64,000 bases of DNA, taken from Macrostomum lignano (lineage: Eukaryota). Position numbers and translations under genes: made by a program. Below are positions 49,936 through 63,540 of this stretch, piece after piece. Location of the stretch: NCBI GenBank assembly GCA_002269645.1, contig NIVC01003692.1:1-64000 (forward strand). Reading direction: 5' to 3'. The number at the start of each line of letters is the position of its first letter. Position 1 is the first letter of the stretch. Under the pieces are notes generated by a model. The model was not told where the DNA came from. It did not search any database and saw only the letters and a list, made by a program, of their open reading frames with translations.

Positions 49936-52900
49936 TGCATATTTAAGTAGAAAATTGCATTATATTTGTCGGGTGGTATTTGAGCAAACGCAATTTTTTT
50001 TTGCTTTCAGTAGTCTACAGTTCGATTTAAATAGTTCTACTTAAATATATTATATAAGGTAATGTGTTTGTATGGTTCGATGTTTTGGTTAGAGCAAAGC
50101 TGGGTAATCCTTGGATTATTTTTCCTTCAAACCGAATTAGTTTTAATCCATCCACATTACTTGCATACCTGTTTGTTTGTGCTTGATTTCTTGCTCGTTC
50201 AATCTAGTTCATACTAATTCTCTATTATTATCATTTATTTGCGTTTATTAGTTTTCGAAGCTATATATATTTGTAGCATAAAGTTGTATTTGAATCAGCA
50301 CTGGTTTTGTTAAACTTAAGAGTCACTTTGAGCTGCGAGTGGGTCATAATGGTAGCTGATAATTGCATGTATTGAAGAAGCGTTTGCAAGCACTTTGATC
50401 CTTCCTTTGCTTATAAAATAATGTGGTCCAATCTATCATTTCCCGGTCCATCATTGTTTCTTTTGATTTGAAACTTTCAAGAATCCATGATTATATACCT
50501 TCTTATCCATATGGTTCTCATCTCTTTACTTTTGCTGTATGAATAGCTTTTGCTTTACATCAATATGCAAATACTTGATGAAGATGCTTATAAATGCACC
50601 TTTGCTTATAGTTGTCCAGTCATTTGCACAATCAATCAAGTTTTTATATTTCCATTTGCTTGCGTTTTTTTACATTTTCAAGCGCGATTTCTTCTTGCTT
50701 ACTAATAATAGTATTATGGGGACGTTAGTGTCTGTATTTTGTTAACAATGCTTTCTTGCTAGTAACTTTTGGTGCATGTAGCGCGTATTTTTTAGTAGAT
50801 TCAGTCGAATGTATTATTTGGGTAATGAGGACTCAATTGCATGTATGTTTAAGTTGATGTCACAAAATACTTCAGGCCTCTAATATCAGGTTATGGATTG
50901 CAGCATATGTGCTATATCTATACGCGTTTCACCAGAAACAAGGCGCCTCCTTTATTGTAATAATTACCCCCAAAAATATTGTTATTTTATTGAATTTTTT
51001 TCTATGAACGTTATTCGATGTGTTATACTTTATTTATCGTATAGTTTAAATGCTTTAGACGTATTTATTCTCTTTACTATACTTGTTCTATAGTCACGTT
51101 CATGATGTATTGAATACGTGTATACTTATGCGTAAATTAATATATCGAATAATTAATGCAAATAATCACTTGCACTACGCGGTTGCTTCGAGAATCTGCT
51201 AAGAGACTGCATTCATTTCTACTGATTCCTACTTATTTTAGTACGTTCGGTCTCCAGAAAACATTCATTTGGGTGATTCTATATTCTACCATCCAGCTTT
51301 CTCCTGCGCAGCACGTCTCTGTCGGTGGTTGTCTATTCTACACTGGCAAGGAAATTATACCTTATATTTTTCATGTGGGAGCAATTAACTATATGAATGG
51401 ATGTACATGTACATGTACATGTATGTAGTACGTACGTCAAAATTCAATAATTAATATATGCTCATTTGTATTAAAATTCACGAATGATATGCGGCAGTCT
51501 CAGGAGAATCACGTCAAAGGTTCATCTTCACTTGACTCATGAGCGCACATGTACTTTTTTGTTAGGTGAAGGTGGAGTAACCATCACATGTATTTAATTA
51601 ACAATATCAAAGATATACATGCACCAATGTGGAGTTTTATTTATTTATTGTATTGTAATGTTATGTACGCTGAAACTCAATTAAGCAGGCCCGAGTGTTA
51701 ATTGAGTTCAGAAGTGCAAAGTAATAATTTTAATAAAAAGATGCATTTTTGCATTTCAATTTTCTTTCCTACGTGTCCAAGCAAAAATAATCGACTGTAT
51801 GCACATGTTTTAAAGTCAAAGTTTCAAAGCTGTTCCATGAACGTTTTTTAATTATGAAAAGGTTTTCTCCAATTAAACGAAGCAGTGGGATTTTTGATTT
51901 CAGCAAATCGCTTTATTTTAGGAGGCTAAAAGCGCTGTGGAATTCGATGAAAATTTACTTTTTTCATGAACTCAAATGTAGTTCACCAGTCAGCTGTTTT
52001 CATAATGGTTTATAGCTCGTATAGGTAATAAGTTAACACGCTGGGATGCTGCTGATGACCGAAGCTGATGTAACAGAACTAAGTTAAACGTTTTAATACA
52101 GACTTCGATAAAAGCAAAATACTTAACGCACTCTCTTTCTAGGAACATCAGCACGCTGCCACTAATTCAAAAAGGGTTATTTCCAAGATTTAAAAAAATT
52201 CTGCAGTGCTAGTGGTAAAAACGTACTGGTATATTACGAGAAAACCTTTTTGGTCTTATATGGTTTTAAATATACAATCACTTAATAGTATTATTTTTTA
52301 ATATTCGATGGAATGGAATTTCCATATAGCCATTGACATTACTTGTATGTTTAATTTTTCCTGTGTTGTGAAGGCCAACATGTTCTTAAAAAACATTGCT
52401 TGCATTAAATGCTGAATGAAAAGAATTATTTTTCCAAATGAATACTATCAATACTATGAATTCTATCTAAAAGCACCATAGAAGTTAAAAACATTTATCT
52501 GGCTTAAATCCAAGGAAATTATAACTCTTTTAGGTTTTTATATAGGCCTACTTATTGATCTTGATCTTGGAATTCATGGCTTTGTAATTGTATATTGTAT
52601 ACCAGTGGCGGATCTATAGTTTCATATTGGGGTGGGGTGGTCCAAGTTTGGGGCAAAACATGAGTATTACTATTAGGGTGCCAATTTTAAAGCTAGGTTT
52701 GCTTTTTTAATTAAAGCTAGGGATGCAAATATGCATATAGGAGGCAGAAAATCAAGTTTAGAGATGTAAACTAGGCTTTTAGGGGTGCAATATGTTATAG
52801 GGCCTATCAAGGTATTTTGGGGGATGTGCAGCAGCCCTTGTTGTATACCTTAGTCTTTTAAAGGCTATAAAGTCATATTTGCAAAATTTCTTATTTTCCA

Positions 52901-54574
52901 AGTAGATATCTTAGGGGCTTTAAAATAGTATAAACCTAGGCCCTAGTCCTAGAGATTAATGCATTTTTATGCTTTGTAAAAAAATAATTTTTAAGATACA
53001 CTTGACACAAAGAACCATTAAAGCCAGAATAAAGAAGGAAAAAAGGCAAGCACAAAATGATTTAGCTAAAAATATTAAGTAAAATCTTTGTTAATATTAT
53101 TTAAAGTTAATATGCTTTGAAGTATGCTAGAATATGCATAGACCTAAAATAGTTGAGCTAGGCCTATTTAGTTTATTTTCATTATTAGTTTTTTAATTTA
53201 TGATTATTTTCTATTGCATTTATTAGTTTATTAAATAGACTAAGAATTGTAAATAGTATATAAAATGAGTTTTCTTTCTGGCACCATCTTTTTTGCTTGT
53301 CATAGCTTTGCTTATTAGTTGCTAGACTAACTAGCTAAAGATAGAAAAACTATGATATGCTATACACAATGGTAGATAAAAGATATTAAAAGCATTTTGA
53401 AATAGCTGCCCTTCCCCTGGATCTATCATTTCTTATAGAAAAAGGAAAAACAAGAAAGCATTTGAGCAAGATTCTCTAGGTCAATATATTTATAAGTTGA
53501 ATAAAAGTGTACAATATGTGAGTGAGGTTAGGCCTAATATGGGATGAGATGATTAGTAAAGAATAAAAGTGGTATGATCAATCATTGGAAAATATAAGCA
53601 ACATAAATATGCTTACCTAATTGAGCATGCATGTCGCTATTGAAAATCCTAGATGCAAAAGTATAAACATAGACAACTCTAGAATACTTATATTAAAAGT
53701 TATCAACTTTTGGTAATAGGATTAGCCTTAGCGTACACTAGGTATCATTATTGGCTCTATTGTATAACACTATTTTTGGTGCCATTTTGTTTGCAGACTT
53801 TTGGCATCTTTATATGATGAATAAAAAATATATAAAAATTCAAGACAATAAAGTGATATGCTATTTCAAATTTTTAAGTTTGTGGACAATATAGATAGTA
53901 ATATTAAAAATAAGTAAAATGATTACAACAGTTTAGCTTTTGATGCTATATATATATTAAGCATTCCAATTTTGGTAGATAATTGAGTATAAAAATGCAG
54001 GTATAGGACTGTCTAGAGCTTGTCAAGGTAAAGAGCAATAGAGTACATAATCAGCAATGCTTGAGAATTTTAAAGGAGTGGCAGTGAGTGATCTAAGAGC
54101 AGACAACTCTATTTGAAAAAGTTGCTTAATTGCAGATAGCCATTTAGTGGTCAAAGTGTCCATTTATGATAACTATCAGCATTGAAAATTGTCATATAAA
54201 TCAGTTGAGACTACAAGTAGGCTAAAGGAGAAATATTCACTATATCAGCATAATTCAGCATTGCACACATTCGCGAGTAGTATATAGAAGGCTTTAATCT
54301 CTTGCTAGTGGCGCTTAACTTTGATTGGCCAATCGAAGTAGCGAGGACCGAAGTAGAACTTGTGTTCAGACAAATTTGTATGGCTTTGGATTTTTCCCAT
54401 ATTCCCGCGCATTGTGAACTCCAAAAAGCCACTCAAAGCCAATAACCACCTTACAGACCCAGTCAGCATCGAGTCTGCAGTGTATTTCATCAAGCTGGTT
54501 TCGAGCTGTAGGTTTAACAATCATCTGTCTTTATTCTCTTAGAAAATAAAGCAAAAAGAAACCAGCAACCAGCA

Positions 54575-57500
54575 ATGGGATGCACATTGAGCGCAGAGGA
54601 GAATAGAGCCAACCGTAATTCTCAATCGATCGATCGGAATTTAAAAAGGGAGCGGCTTCAGGCTGCTAAAGATATTAAACTGCTGCTTCTGGGTGAGTTG
54701 CCCTGTTTGGATTGTCTATGCACGAGCTGTTTAGCCCGCTGTTTGTCAAATAATTAATCTTTGTCCATGAGACTTCAGTAAAGCAGAATTCATCAAAAGA
54801 AAGAAGGTAGAATGGAACACAGGAAACAAAAGACCGATACGCAATTCTGGAATGTGAAATACGAAAGTTAGAGTAGCTAATCTATTCATACAGAAAGCGA
54901 ATGAATTCATAACAGACTCGTAGTAATACCTATGGGTACGAGGGCTGAAAAGCGCTGCGAAGAGAGGATCTGTTGACCTCCCTATTTTCCCGGGCACACA
55001 ACATTTCGGCCTTTGCCTTGTCATAATTGGGTCCTAATGTTTCGTCTATGGACAAAACTTGAATTGGTAGATTTTGATCCGAATGGTTTGTCTATGGTCA
55101 AAACTTGTATGATCTGATTGGTTCTGGTCAGACTTTAACAGCCGCCAAAGCAGAAAAATTGTCTTGTGGCTTCATAGTGCGACCAATACTTAGCACATCA
55201 AACATTCAACTCAGAATCAGTTTCAGTGATTGGGCTTTACATGTCCAAGATGCCGCTTGTCGAGTCGAGACTCTTTCCCAAAGCCGTTGAAGATCAGGAC
55301 CGATTCACTGCATTAGTATTCGTCGACTGTAGTTTTTAGCAAGAACACCCTACATGATCTTTCGTTCTTTCGTGTCGGACTCAGCCAGGACCATCTATGC
55401 AATGATGTTCACGAACTTGATCGACAGCTGGAGAGAACAAACTAGTCCAATATACTAAAAATGGTCTGTCTGTGTCTATCTATCTATCTATCTATGTGAT
55501 CGATTAGAGAAAAAATGGCTGGACCGATTTTGTTCAAACTTAACTAAATAAACTAAATCACCAATAAATCTGAATTTTTCAAGTTAAAGAAAAAAGATTG
55601 CTTGTAGCTATGCAGTTGCGGACCCAGTGGGCACAGCAGGTCTAGAGTCATAGGTAGTCTTCAGCTCTTGCTTGGCTTGTAAATTAGGTGAGAAGTGCCA
55701 GCTTTAGAAAAATGAATTGATTTATCCAACTAATAAAGACGCAGATCCACCATTTCTTGACTGCCTTTAATTAATCTATAGCTCTCCTTTGTCTTATTCA
55801 ATTTGCAACGCGCCCGTATTTGCATCGCTCGCTTTTATTTCTCTTTTACTTAAGAAGCCACATCAATATAATTGTGATTAGGTGCAGGAAAATTTTATTA
55901 TTGATGAATTTGAGATCGTGAAGCTAAATGAGAGAGAGGGCTAGAAATTTTTGAGTAGCTAAACAAAAAACTGACTAAAATCTTAACAATAAATCAATCT
56001 GACCGCGACATCTACAGATAGATCTTCCTGATCACAATTTTAGGTGTTGCCTTATCGCTGCTTCTTTCCTCTTAACTCTGCTTGCTCACCTGTTGCTGCT
56101 CTGTGCCATTCAGTCTTAGTCTGCCGCACTGCTACTGCGTGTCATAATAATGTTAGATAGGGCTGAATAACTTTCAAACATAACGCAAGCAACTAAAGAC
56201 GTTGAGACTTGAGAATTTACGATAAGCTAAGGATTATAAACGAATAGACCACATGTAACGATATATACAGATTTTGTCGGCAGCAATTGCGTAAGCTGAA
56301 GCCCACAAAGCAATTGCTCCGTGAAAGAATCTGTCTGTCGTTATTGTACCCTATTGACTATGTTTTTCGGCAGTAAGCCTTTCGGTAAAAATTCGATTGT
56401 TTGCCGACTGTTTTAGATTGTTGCCGGAAAATTATCGGATTAATTTGGCTATGGAAAAGAATCGAAACATGTCAACGACGAACAACAACAAAAATAACGA
56501 AGTAGTTTTGTTTCACTGTCACAAATAAGTTTGTAAGGACAAAGCGAATAACTGAGCGGTCTTACTTTACTTTTTCACCTGGTGATTAATGGACAGGTAT
56601 TCCAGGTGCCGTTAAATTGCCGCACGAAAACAGATGAGGGACTTCGGCGTGTAGTATGTTCCATCCTGCTTACGAAGAGACGAATAGAAAAGCCTCAGAT
56701 AATCGTTCAGGAATCGATCCGGTACACGCTCAAACTCCTGGCAGAGTCCCTTCTCATTGAGGAACTGGCGGAACCTTGCCAGTAGCATCTCACTCTCAGC
56801 AATGAGGAATGTATTATCTCAGCAATGAGGAATGTAGCATCTCAGCAATGAGGAATGTAGCATCTCAGCAATGATGAATGTAGCATCTCAGCAATGATGA
56901 ATGTAGCATCTCAGCAATGATGAATGTAGCATCTCAGCAATGATGAATGTAGCATCTCAGCAATGATGAATGTAGCATCTCAGCAATGAGGAATGTAGCA
57001 TCTCAGCAATGAGGAATGTAGCATCTCAGCAATGAGGAATGTAGCATCTCAGCAATGATGAATGTAGCATCTCAGCAATGATGAATGTAGCATCTCAGCA
57101 ATGATGAATGTAGCATCTCAGCAATGATGAATGTAGCATCTCAGCAATGATGAATGTAGCATCTCAGCAATGAGGAATGTAGCATCTCAGCAATGAGGAA
57201 TGTAGCATCTCAGCAACGAGGAATGTAGCATCTCAGCAATGAGGAATGTAGCATCTGTAGGGATTTAAATGAATAAGGCGTAAAGGCGGTGGTTCTTAAT
57301 ATTATTGCTAATAAGATAGGTTCGTAAGATAGGTCGAAGAAACTGCAACCGTTTGATTGCGGGTGCTTTATATTTATAGCTTTCTCATGGAACATTCTGG
57401 AAGAGGGAGTTTTCTAGAAAGAGTTCGCGCGGGAATTCAGGTTACTATATTTAGAATCATATACGGTATAGCGAGGAAACTTCTAGAATGAAATGTTTAC

Positions 57501-60500
57501 TGCATGAATGGTCTGAAAGTTTTGCACAGGTTTAGTACAAGGTCACTACACATCTCAGCAATGAGTAATGTAGCATCTCAGCAATGGGAGATTATACATA
57601 CGGTACTAGAGGTACACAATAAGCAAAATCACGAGTGGCGTAGTAGGCAGATTTTTCCAATTTATTAAATGCATTTTAGTGGTTAATGTTAAAGCAAGCA
57701 AGCTTATATCAAGCCACAGTCCCCTGCATTTCTCTACTCTATATTCACTCGATAGTCTATGGTACAGTTGGAATCGCTCCATAGCGCTTCCTATGGCAGT
57801 GTCGATGTCGTTGTCGATGTCTATGGCCAAAACCTGCGCAGTCTAGGACGTTTTTGATTCGCTGAGACATCGTTAAACAATCGGCGTTAAACAACGCTTC
57901 AGCGTTAAACAATGCTTCTAGTCGAGTATGCTAAGCGATAGTGACAATAAGTCTATACATACGGTACGCTACGCGGCTTCAGCTTACGCAATTGCTGCCG
58001 AAAAGGATATGTATATATCGTTACATTGCAGGCGTTAGGATACCAAGGCTCACGGGGGGAGTTAAAGAAATTCTGTGGCTCAATCCTCATTAGGAATTGC
58101 TGAAATTTTTAATGTTGAGATGGAGGCTTACGAGGAAAAATTGCTGAAATGCTGTAGCTCATAAGGGTTGCTCAGATGCTTTGAGCCAAATAGACCCCGC
58201 ATGCAAAGTCACAGTTAGAGCAGGGCGCGTAAGATGGCGCGCCGCAGAGCCTGGTAGCGAACAAAGTCCGCTCCGTTGACAGTGTCGGGCGCCCCAGCGT
58301 CGCACACCAGGCAGTCCACGTATGGATGGGTTCGGGACTGACCCCGCCTGAACGGGCCCTGCAAGGTGAGCAGTAGGACGTCCTGAACAGGTTGGGGGCA
58401 GTAGCCCTCGGCCCGGCCGGATCACGTGGCCCGCCAGTTGTAGTCGCCGCCAGCGCAGGATGGTGGACGGGCGCTGCAGCTTGGCCCGATCGAACAGGGC
58501 CTCGGTCCCGACGCTCTCGTCAGCTCGAAAGGCCGCACGGAGCAGCCCCGAGTGCGCCGAGTCCAGCTGCCGCTCTAGCGTAGCCGTCAGCGTAGCAATC
58601 CGAAGCGCTGCCCGACCGCCAGAGGGCTCGGCTGTGGCAGGCGGTGGTCGAAACTGTCCTGCTCTACAACGCCGAGACGTGTACGCTGACGACTTATAAA
58701 AACTTGCGAAAACATGTCAGTCAGTTTTGTGATGGTTAAACCGCAAAAAGCACCGAAACTAATAAAGCTTTGTTCATAAGACAAATTGCATCCGCTGAAA
58801 AGCAAGCAAACGATAAATTAATATTGATCACTATGATTACTGATATTATATTGTCACTAAAATACAAAGGAAAAAAACATTTTAAATGATTGTTTGATAA
58901 AAAGGACGGAATGTACTCCAATTTGTTTGTTTTTAAAGGAGTTCCCTGTTTCCATCCTAACCTTGTTTGAGCAGTTTAGAGTTTTATAATAATACCATGG
59001 CATGCGTCAACCTGATTCCTCCAGGTACTGCAAATTGTTCAATAGGGGTGGCCGGCTGGAAGAGCTTAAATGAGAAAGGCTCCGATTAATTACTGCTTTT
59101 CTGATATCTATCAGTAATTAGCACCTTTGCTAATGGCTTGATCTTATAAGCGATACTAAGATGGAAATGAGAATTTTGACTTCTATTTATATACCATGTA
59201 AACATTTTACCGAGAGAATTTTTAAAAATATTTTTCCAGGTGCTGGTGAGTCTGGCAAGAGCACCATTATTAAACAGATGAAGTGAGTTCGCGGTTTTGC
59301 TATTTGTTGGTCGGCTTTCTTGCTCGAACAAAACTTCAGATCATTGTGCACTTTGAATAATTGGGACCCAAGGTGGGACTTAGTAGAACGGCAAACTTTG
59401 CTTCTTAAAAATCTTAGAAAAGAAGTCTTTAATAGTCTTTAAATTTCTTCAATAATCTTTCTTCATTTATGGTCAAAAATGCATTTATGTAAAAAATTTA
59501 CCTCAGTTGACCAAGTATTTTGCTATTTCGTTCCTTCTTTACTTTAGCCAGCTTTTGTTGACAGTCCATTGCTGCATGCCCTAAAAAGTTGCATGTGTAC
59601 TGTAAAAAAAATGGTTAAGCAGTCAAACAGTAAACACCATCCAAAAATCGAGTCAGTCATCCAAAAAGCCAGTTTTTAAGATATTCTAGGAAACAAATTT
59701 TCTCTTCTAAACTTAATTCGTCTTCAAAAGAAAATTATAAGATGAGTTTATGATATTTAAAAAATAATTACCAACTGCCGGAATGCCAGAATTATTCACG
59801 AGGGCGGCTTCACGGCCGAGGATAACCGGCTGTTTCGCCCGATCGTCTACAGCAATACCATCCAGTCCCTGGTGGCCATCCTGCGCGCTATGAGCACCCT
59901 GGCTATAGACTACTCTGACCAGGATAGGCTGGTGAGTGCGCTGTCGCGTGCTGTGGGTGTTTGCTGCGGTCTCTGTTGAAGTACTGCCGCTTTTCCAGAT
60001 CCCCAGTTGCTAGGACAGCCTCCCAGATCCCCAGTTCTGTGCTGCCCTCCCAGATCCTCAGTTGCTAGGCCAGCCTCCCAGATCCCCAGTTGCTGGGCCA
60101 GCCTCCCAGATCCCCAGTTGCTAGGCCAGCCTCCCAGATCCCCAGTTGCTAGGCCAGCCTCCCAGATCCCCAGTTGCCAGGCCAGCCTCCCAGATTCCCA
60201 GTTGCTAGGCCAGCCTCCCAGATCCTCAGTTGCTAGGCCAGCCTCCCAGATCCTCAGTTGCTTGGCCAGCCTCCCAGATCCCCAGTTGCTAGGTCAGCCT
60301 CCCAGATCCTCAGCTGCTGGGCCAGCCTCCCAGATCCCCAGTTGCTAGGCCAGCCTCCCAGATCCTCAGTTGCTAGGCCAGCCTCCCAGATCCTCAGCTG
60401 CTGGGCCAGCCTCCCAGATCCCCAGTTGCTAGGCCAGCCTCCCAGATCCTCAGTTGCTAGGCCAGCCTCCCAGATCCTCAGCTGCTGGGCCAGCCTCCCA

Positions 60501-63473
60501 GATCCCCAGTTGCTAGGCCAGCCTCCCAGATCCTCAGCTACTGGACCAGCCTCCCAGATCCTCAGCTACTGGACCAGCCTCCCAGATCCACAGTTGCTGG
60601 GCCAGCCTTCCAGATCCCCAGTTGCTAGGCCAGCCTCCCAGATCCACAGTTGCTGGGCCAGCCTCCCAGATCCTCAGCTGCTGGGCCAGCCTCCCAGGAT
60701 CCCCAGTTGCTGGGCCAGCCTTCCAGATCCTCAGTTGCTGGGCCACCCTCCCAGAGTGTCAGTTGCTGGGCCACCCTCCCAGAGTGTCAGTTGCTGGCCC
60801 AGCCTCCCAGATCCTCAGCTGCTTTGCCAGCCTCGTAGATTCCCAGTTGCTACTTATATGCCTATATTATTCCTCAATCCTCACGCTTCCAGCTTACATT
60901 AAAATGTTAGCAGTCCAACGAACTGGCAGTTTTTCTTTCAGCGGCAGAATTCGCGATAATAACTCTTGATAAGATTCGTGTGTATTTGCTGAATATTATT
61001 TGCCTCCTGCGACTGGCTACCTTATCTTTCATAAATCTTTTTGGTTTTTGAGTTTTTTTAATTTGAGATTTATGGGTTTTAACCTATGCTTTGGTATTTA
61101 AACACTTTGCTGACTAGCCATATTAACTACTTATTAGAAGGTTCCAGGGCGCATTTACAAACAAACCAAATTTGATGAACTGACACCCAATATGGCGCCA
61201 ATCCTTACACCCAATATGGCGCCAATCCTGACACCCAATATGGCGCCAATCCTGACACTCAATATGGCGCCAATCCTGACACGCAATATGGCGCCAATCC
61301 CGACACCCAATATGGCGCCAATTCTGACACCCAATATGGCGCCAATCCCGACACCCAATATGGCGCCAATCCCGACATCCAATATGGCGCCAATCCCGAC
61401 ACCCAATATGGCGCCAATCCCGACACCCAATATGGCGCCAATCCCGACACCCAATATGGCGCTAATCCTTACACCCAATATGGCGCCAATCCTGACACCC
61501 AATATGGCACAATCCTTACACCCAATATGGTGCTAATCCTGACACCCAATATGGCGCTAATCTTGACACCCAATATGGCGCCAATCCTTGCACCAAATAT
61601 GGCGCCTATAAGTCTACCTAAAAATAGGAGCAAATTTTAGCCCTAGGACTGAACCTTCGTTGCCGTGCCCTCTCCCTCTCCCTAGGCTGATGCTCAGATC
61701 GTCTTTGACGTAATCGGCCGTATGGCGGACGCCCAGCCGTTCAGCCCGCAGCTCCTGGTGGCTATGAAACGCCTCTGGGCCGACGGCGGTGTTCAAAGCT
61801 GCTTCCAACGGTCCAACGAGTACCAGTTAAACGATTCGGCCAAGTATTTTTTAGACGACCTTGACCGAATTGGCAGTCCCGGTTTTGCGCCCAATGAACA
61901 AGACATACTGCGGACTAGAGTGAAAACCACAGGCATTGTGGAGATTCATTTTACGTTTAAAAATGTCAACTTCAAGTGAGTGAACGCGACTGCTCAGGAT
62001 TGACGAATGCTTTTATGGAAACCGCCTGTCCATAGATTACTGTCCGGTCTGAACCACAGATACTACGAGTGGAGTAATCAGATATGTCACTTGCTAATAA
62101 AGTCGTGAAAAAGTAGAGCGTCTACTCTGTTTCAGTAGTTTGTCTGCGCAGTGTCACTTAATTTCAATGTGGCACTAAAATTTCCCTTCCTCGGGGCTTG
62201 CGGCCTCAGGAGCATATTGGGGTTAAGAAATAACACCAAGAATTTAACTCAATGTACGCAAGTGAACACAAGACGGACAAGACTCATAGTAGGGGGCAGG
62301 CCTAATCTGGCTCAGCCAATGAGAGAGCAGTAAGGAGAGAGGTCAAAGTCAGACAGACGAAACTCAGCCTAGGGGGCAGGCCCAATCTAGCTCAGCCAAT
62401 GAGAGAGCAGCAAGGAGAGAGGTCAAAGTCAGACAGACGAAACTCAGCCTAGGGGCAGGCCCAATCTAGCTCAGCCAATGAGAGAGCAGTAAGGACAGAG
62501 GTTAAAGTTATACACAAGCGGGCCAGTGGAAAGCCAAAAACTGTTTATCGGCCTGGCTGGGGGCTGAAGCTTCCGTCTCAAATTATTTTCTTTTCCTAAA
62601 GTCGGTAAAACAGGCTAACCATGCTGTATATAGAAAAAGGCAATTTTCGCGACTTGAAAACTTTAATTTTAATATTTTCATTTTTCATTTTAGTATTATA
62701 AACGCAAAAAACGCTAATCTTGCTACTGAAAACAGTAAATCGGCGCATTTTTCGACTTAAAAATAAGACTATGTATTCTAATAAAAACATTTTTTGCTGA
62801 CGAGAGTAAAAAATCTTAGCAAATAGGAAACAAATAAACCTGGCATGTCGACCGGAAGCCAGTGGGAAGGCAACAAGGCATACAATTTATCTGAACCTAA
62901 GCAGGTATATTTTAAGATACAAATTATTTTAGCCTCGTCGAATGATCTAACTCTGGACCTTATAGGCCATTTTTTCGAGTCTATACTATAAGCTTGTTAT
63001 GTAATTTACAAATTAATGCTTTTTACTACTAATGTTTTACGTAACTAGTAGTTTAGTCGCATATGTTTTTACTCTGTTGAATTTTTAAAAAATTCCAGAC
63101 TTTTCGACGTTGGCGGTCAGCGTTCGGAGCGCAAAAAGTGGATGCACTGCTTCGAGGAAGTCACCGCCATCATTTTCTGCGTGGCCATGAGCGAGTACGA
63201 CCAGCTGCTGCACGAGGACGAATCCACCGTGAGTGCATCCGGGTCGGGCACTTACTACAGTAGCCAACACTCTACAAATTTCTATATTAACCTTCCCCTA
63301 CCTAAAATTACTTTGGCAGAATCGTATGCAAGAGTCGCTGAAACTTTTCGACAGCATCTGCAACAACAAGTGGTTCGTACGAACCTCCATCATTCTATTT
63401 CTAAACAAGAAGGACCTATTTGCAGCTAAAATTGTTCGCTCTCCGATTAATATCTGCTTCCCCGAGTATACTG
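54575..63473 (+). CDS. gnao1: Heterotrimeric G protein alpha-o subunit, 3'-incomplete. Exons 54575-54692, 59240-59282, 59790-59931, 61686-61975, 63099-63228, 63320-63473
   Basis: [14 protein letters not shown]|[14 protein letters not shown]|[43 protein letters not shown]|[15 protein letters not shown]. Exon sizes are 118/43/142/290/130/154. The final exon lies beyond the window. Confidence 0.95.
55447..55540 (+). mobile_element. Helitron-like non-autonomous element 5' end (copy 2)
   Basis: atatactaaaaatggtctgtctg-(tatc)n-gtgatcgatt..aaaatggctggaccgattt, homologous to 7577-7656. Confidence 0.5.
56782..57255. repeat. 21-bp minisatellite gtagcatctcagcaatga(g/t)gaat
   Basis: About 22 copies. 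The array resumes at 57551-57588 after an insertion. Confidence 0.96.
57256..57550. mobile_element. Probable solo LTR (295 bp)
   Basis: Begins TGTAG, ends CTACA, and is flanked by a 4-bp direct repeat CATC (57252-57255, 57551-57554). It interrupts the minisatellite cleanly. Confidence 0.7.
58214..58691 (-). mobile_element. RTE-like LINE 3' fragment with inverted 5' segment
   Basis: The minus strand from 58593 reads [45 protein letters not shown]. The plus strand at 58594-58691 reads [32 protein letters not shown], the segment that normally lies directly upstream. Confidence 0.8.
59996..60850 (+). repeat. 28-bp minisatellite family array in G-alpha-o intron 3
   Basis: Unit cagatcc(c/t)cagttgct(a/g)ggccagcctcc. 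Confidence 0.95.
61182..61610. repeat. 24-bp minisatellite gacacccaatatggcgccaatcc(t/c)
   Basis: About 18 copies. The [11 protein letters not shown] is a repeat artefact. Confidence 0.95.
62291..62500. repeat. ~80-bp tandem repeat, ~2.6 copies
   Basis: ggggcaggcc(c/t)aatct..gctcagccaatgagagagcag recurs at ~62291, ~62371 and ~62451. Confidence 0.88.
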
Positions 63474-63540
63474 GTGGGTCTTTGCGTCATTAGTATTCCT
63501 GTTTTTCGATACATATCGGCTAATGCAGTTTTCCTATTTA

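Larger units (their letters stand above)
56254..58025. mobile_element. TIR element with TGT..ACA termini (Ginger-like?), 1772 bp, in G-alpha-o intron 1
   Basis: ~50-bp imperfect TIRs TGTAACGATATATACA..GTCGGCAGCAATTGCGTAAGCTGAAGCC (56254-56303) and the inverse ending at 58025. No clear TSD. Confidence 0.7.

Noticed and set aside
52602-53430. Possible MITE starting cagtggcggatcta
   Set aside because: No convincing matching right TIR or TSD.
54323-54334. Palindromic double CCAAT box (gattggccaatc) upstream of G-alpha-o
   Set aside because: Plausible promoter motif, but too short to support without TSS data.
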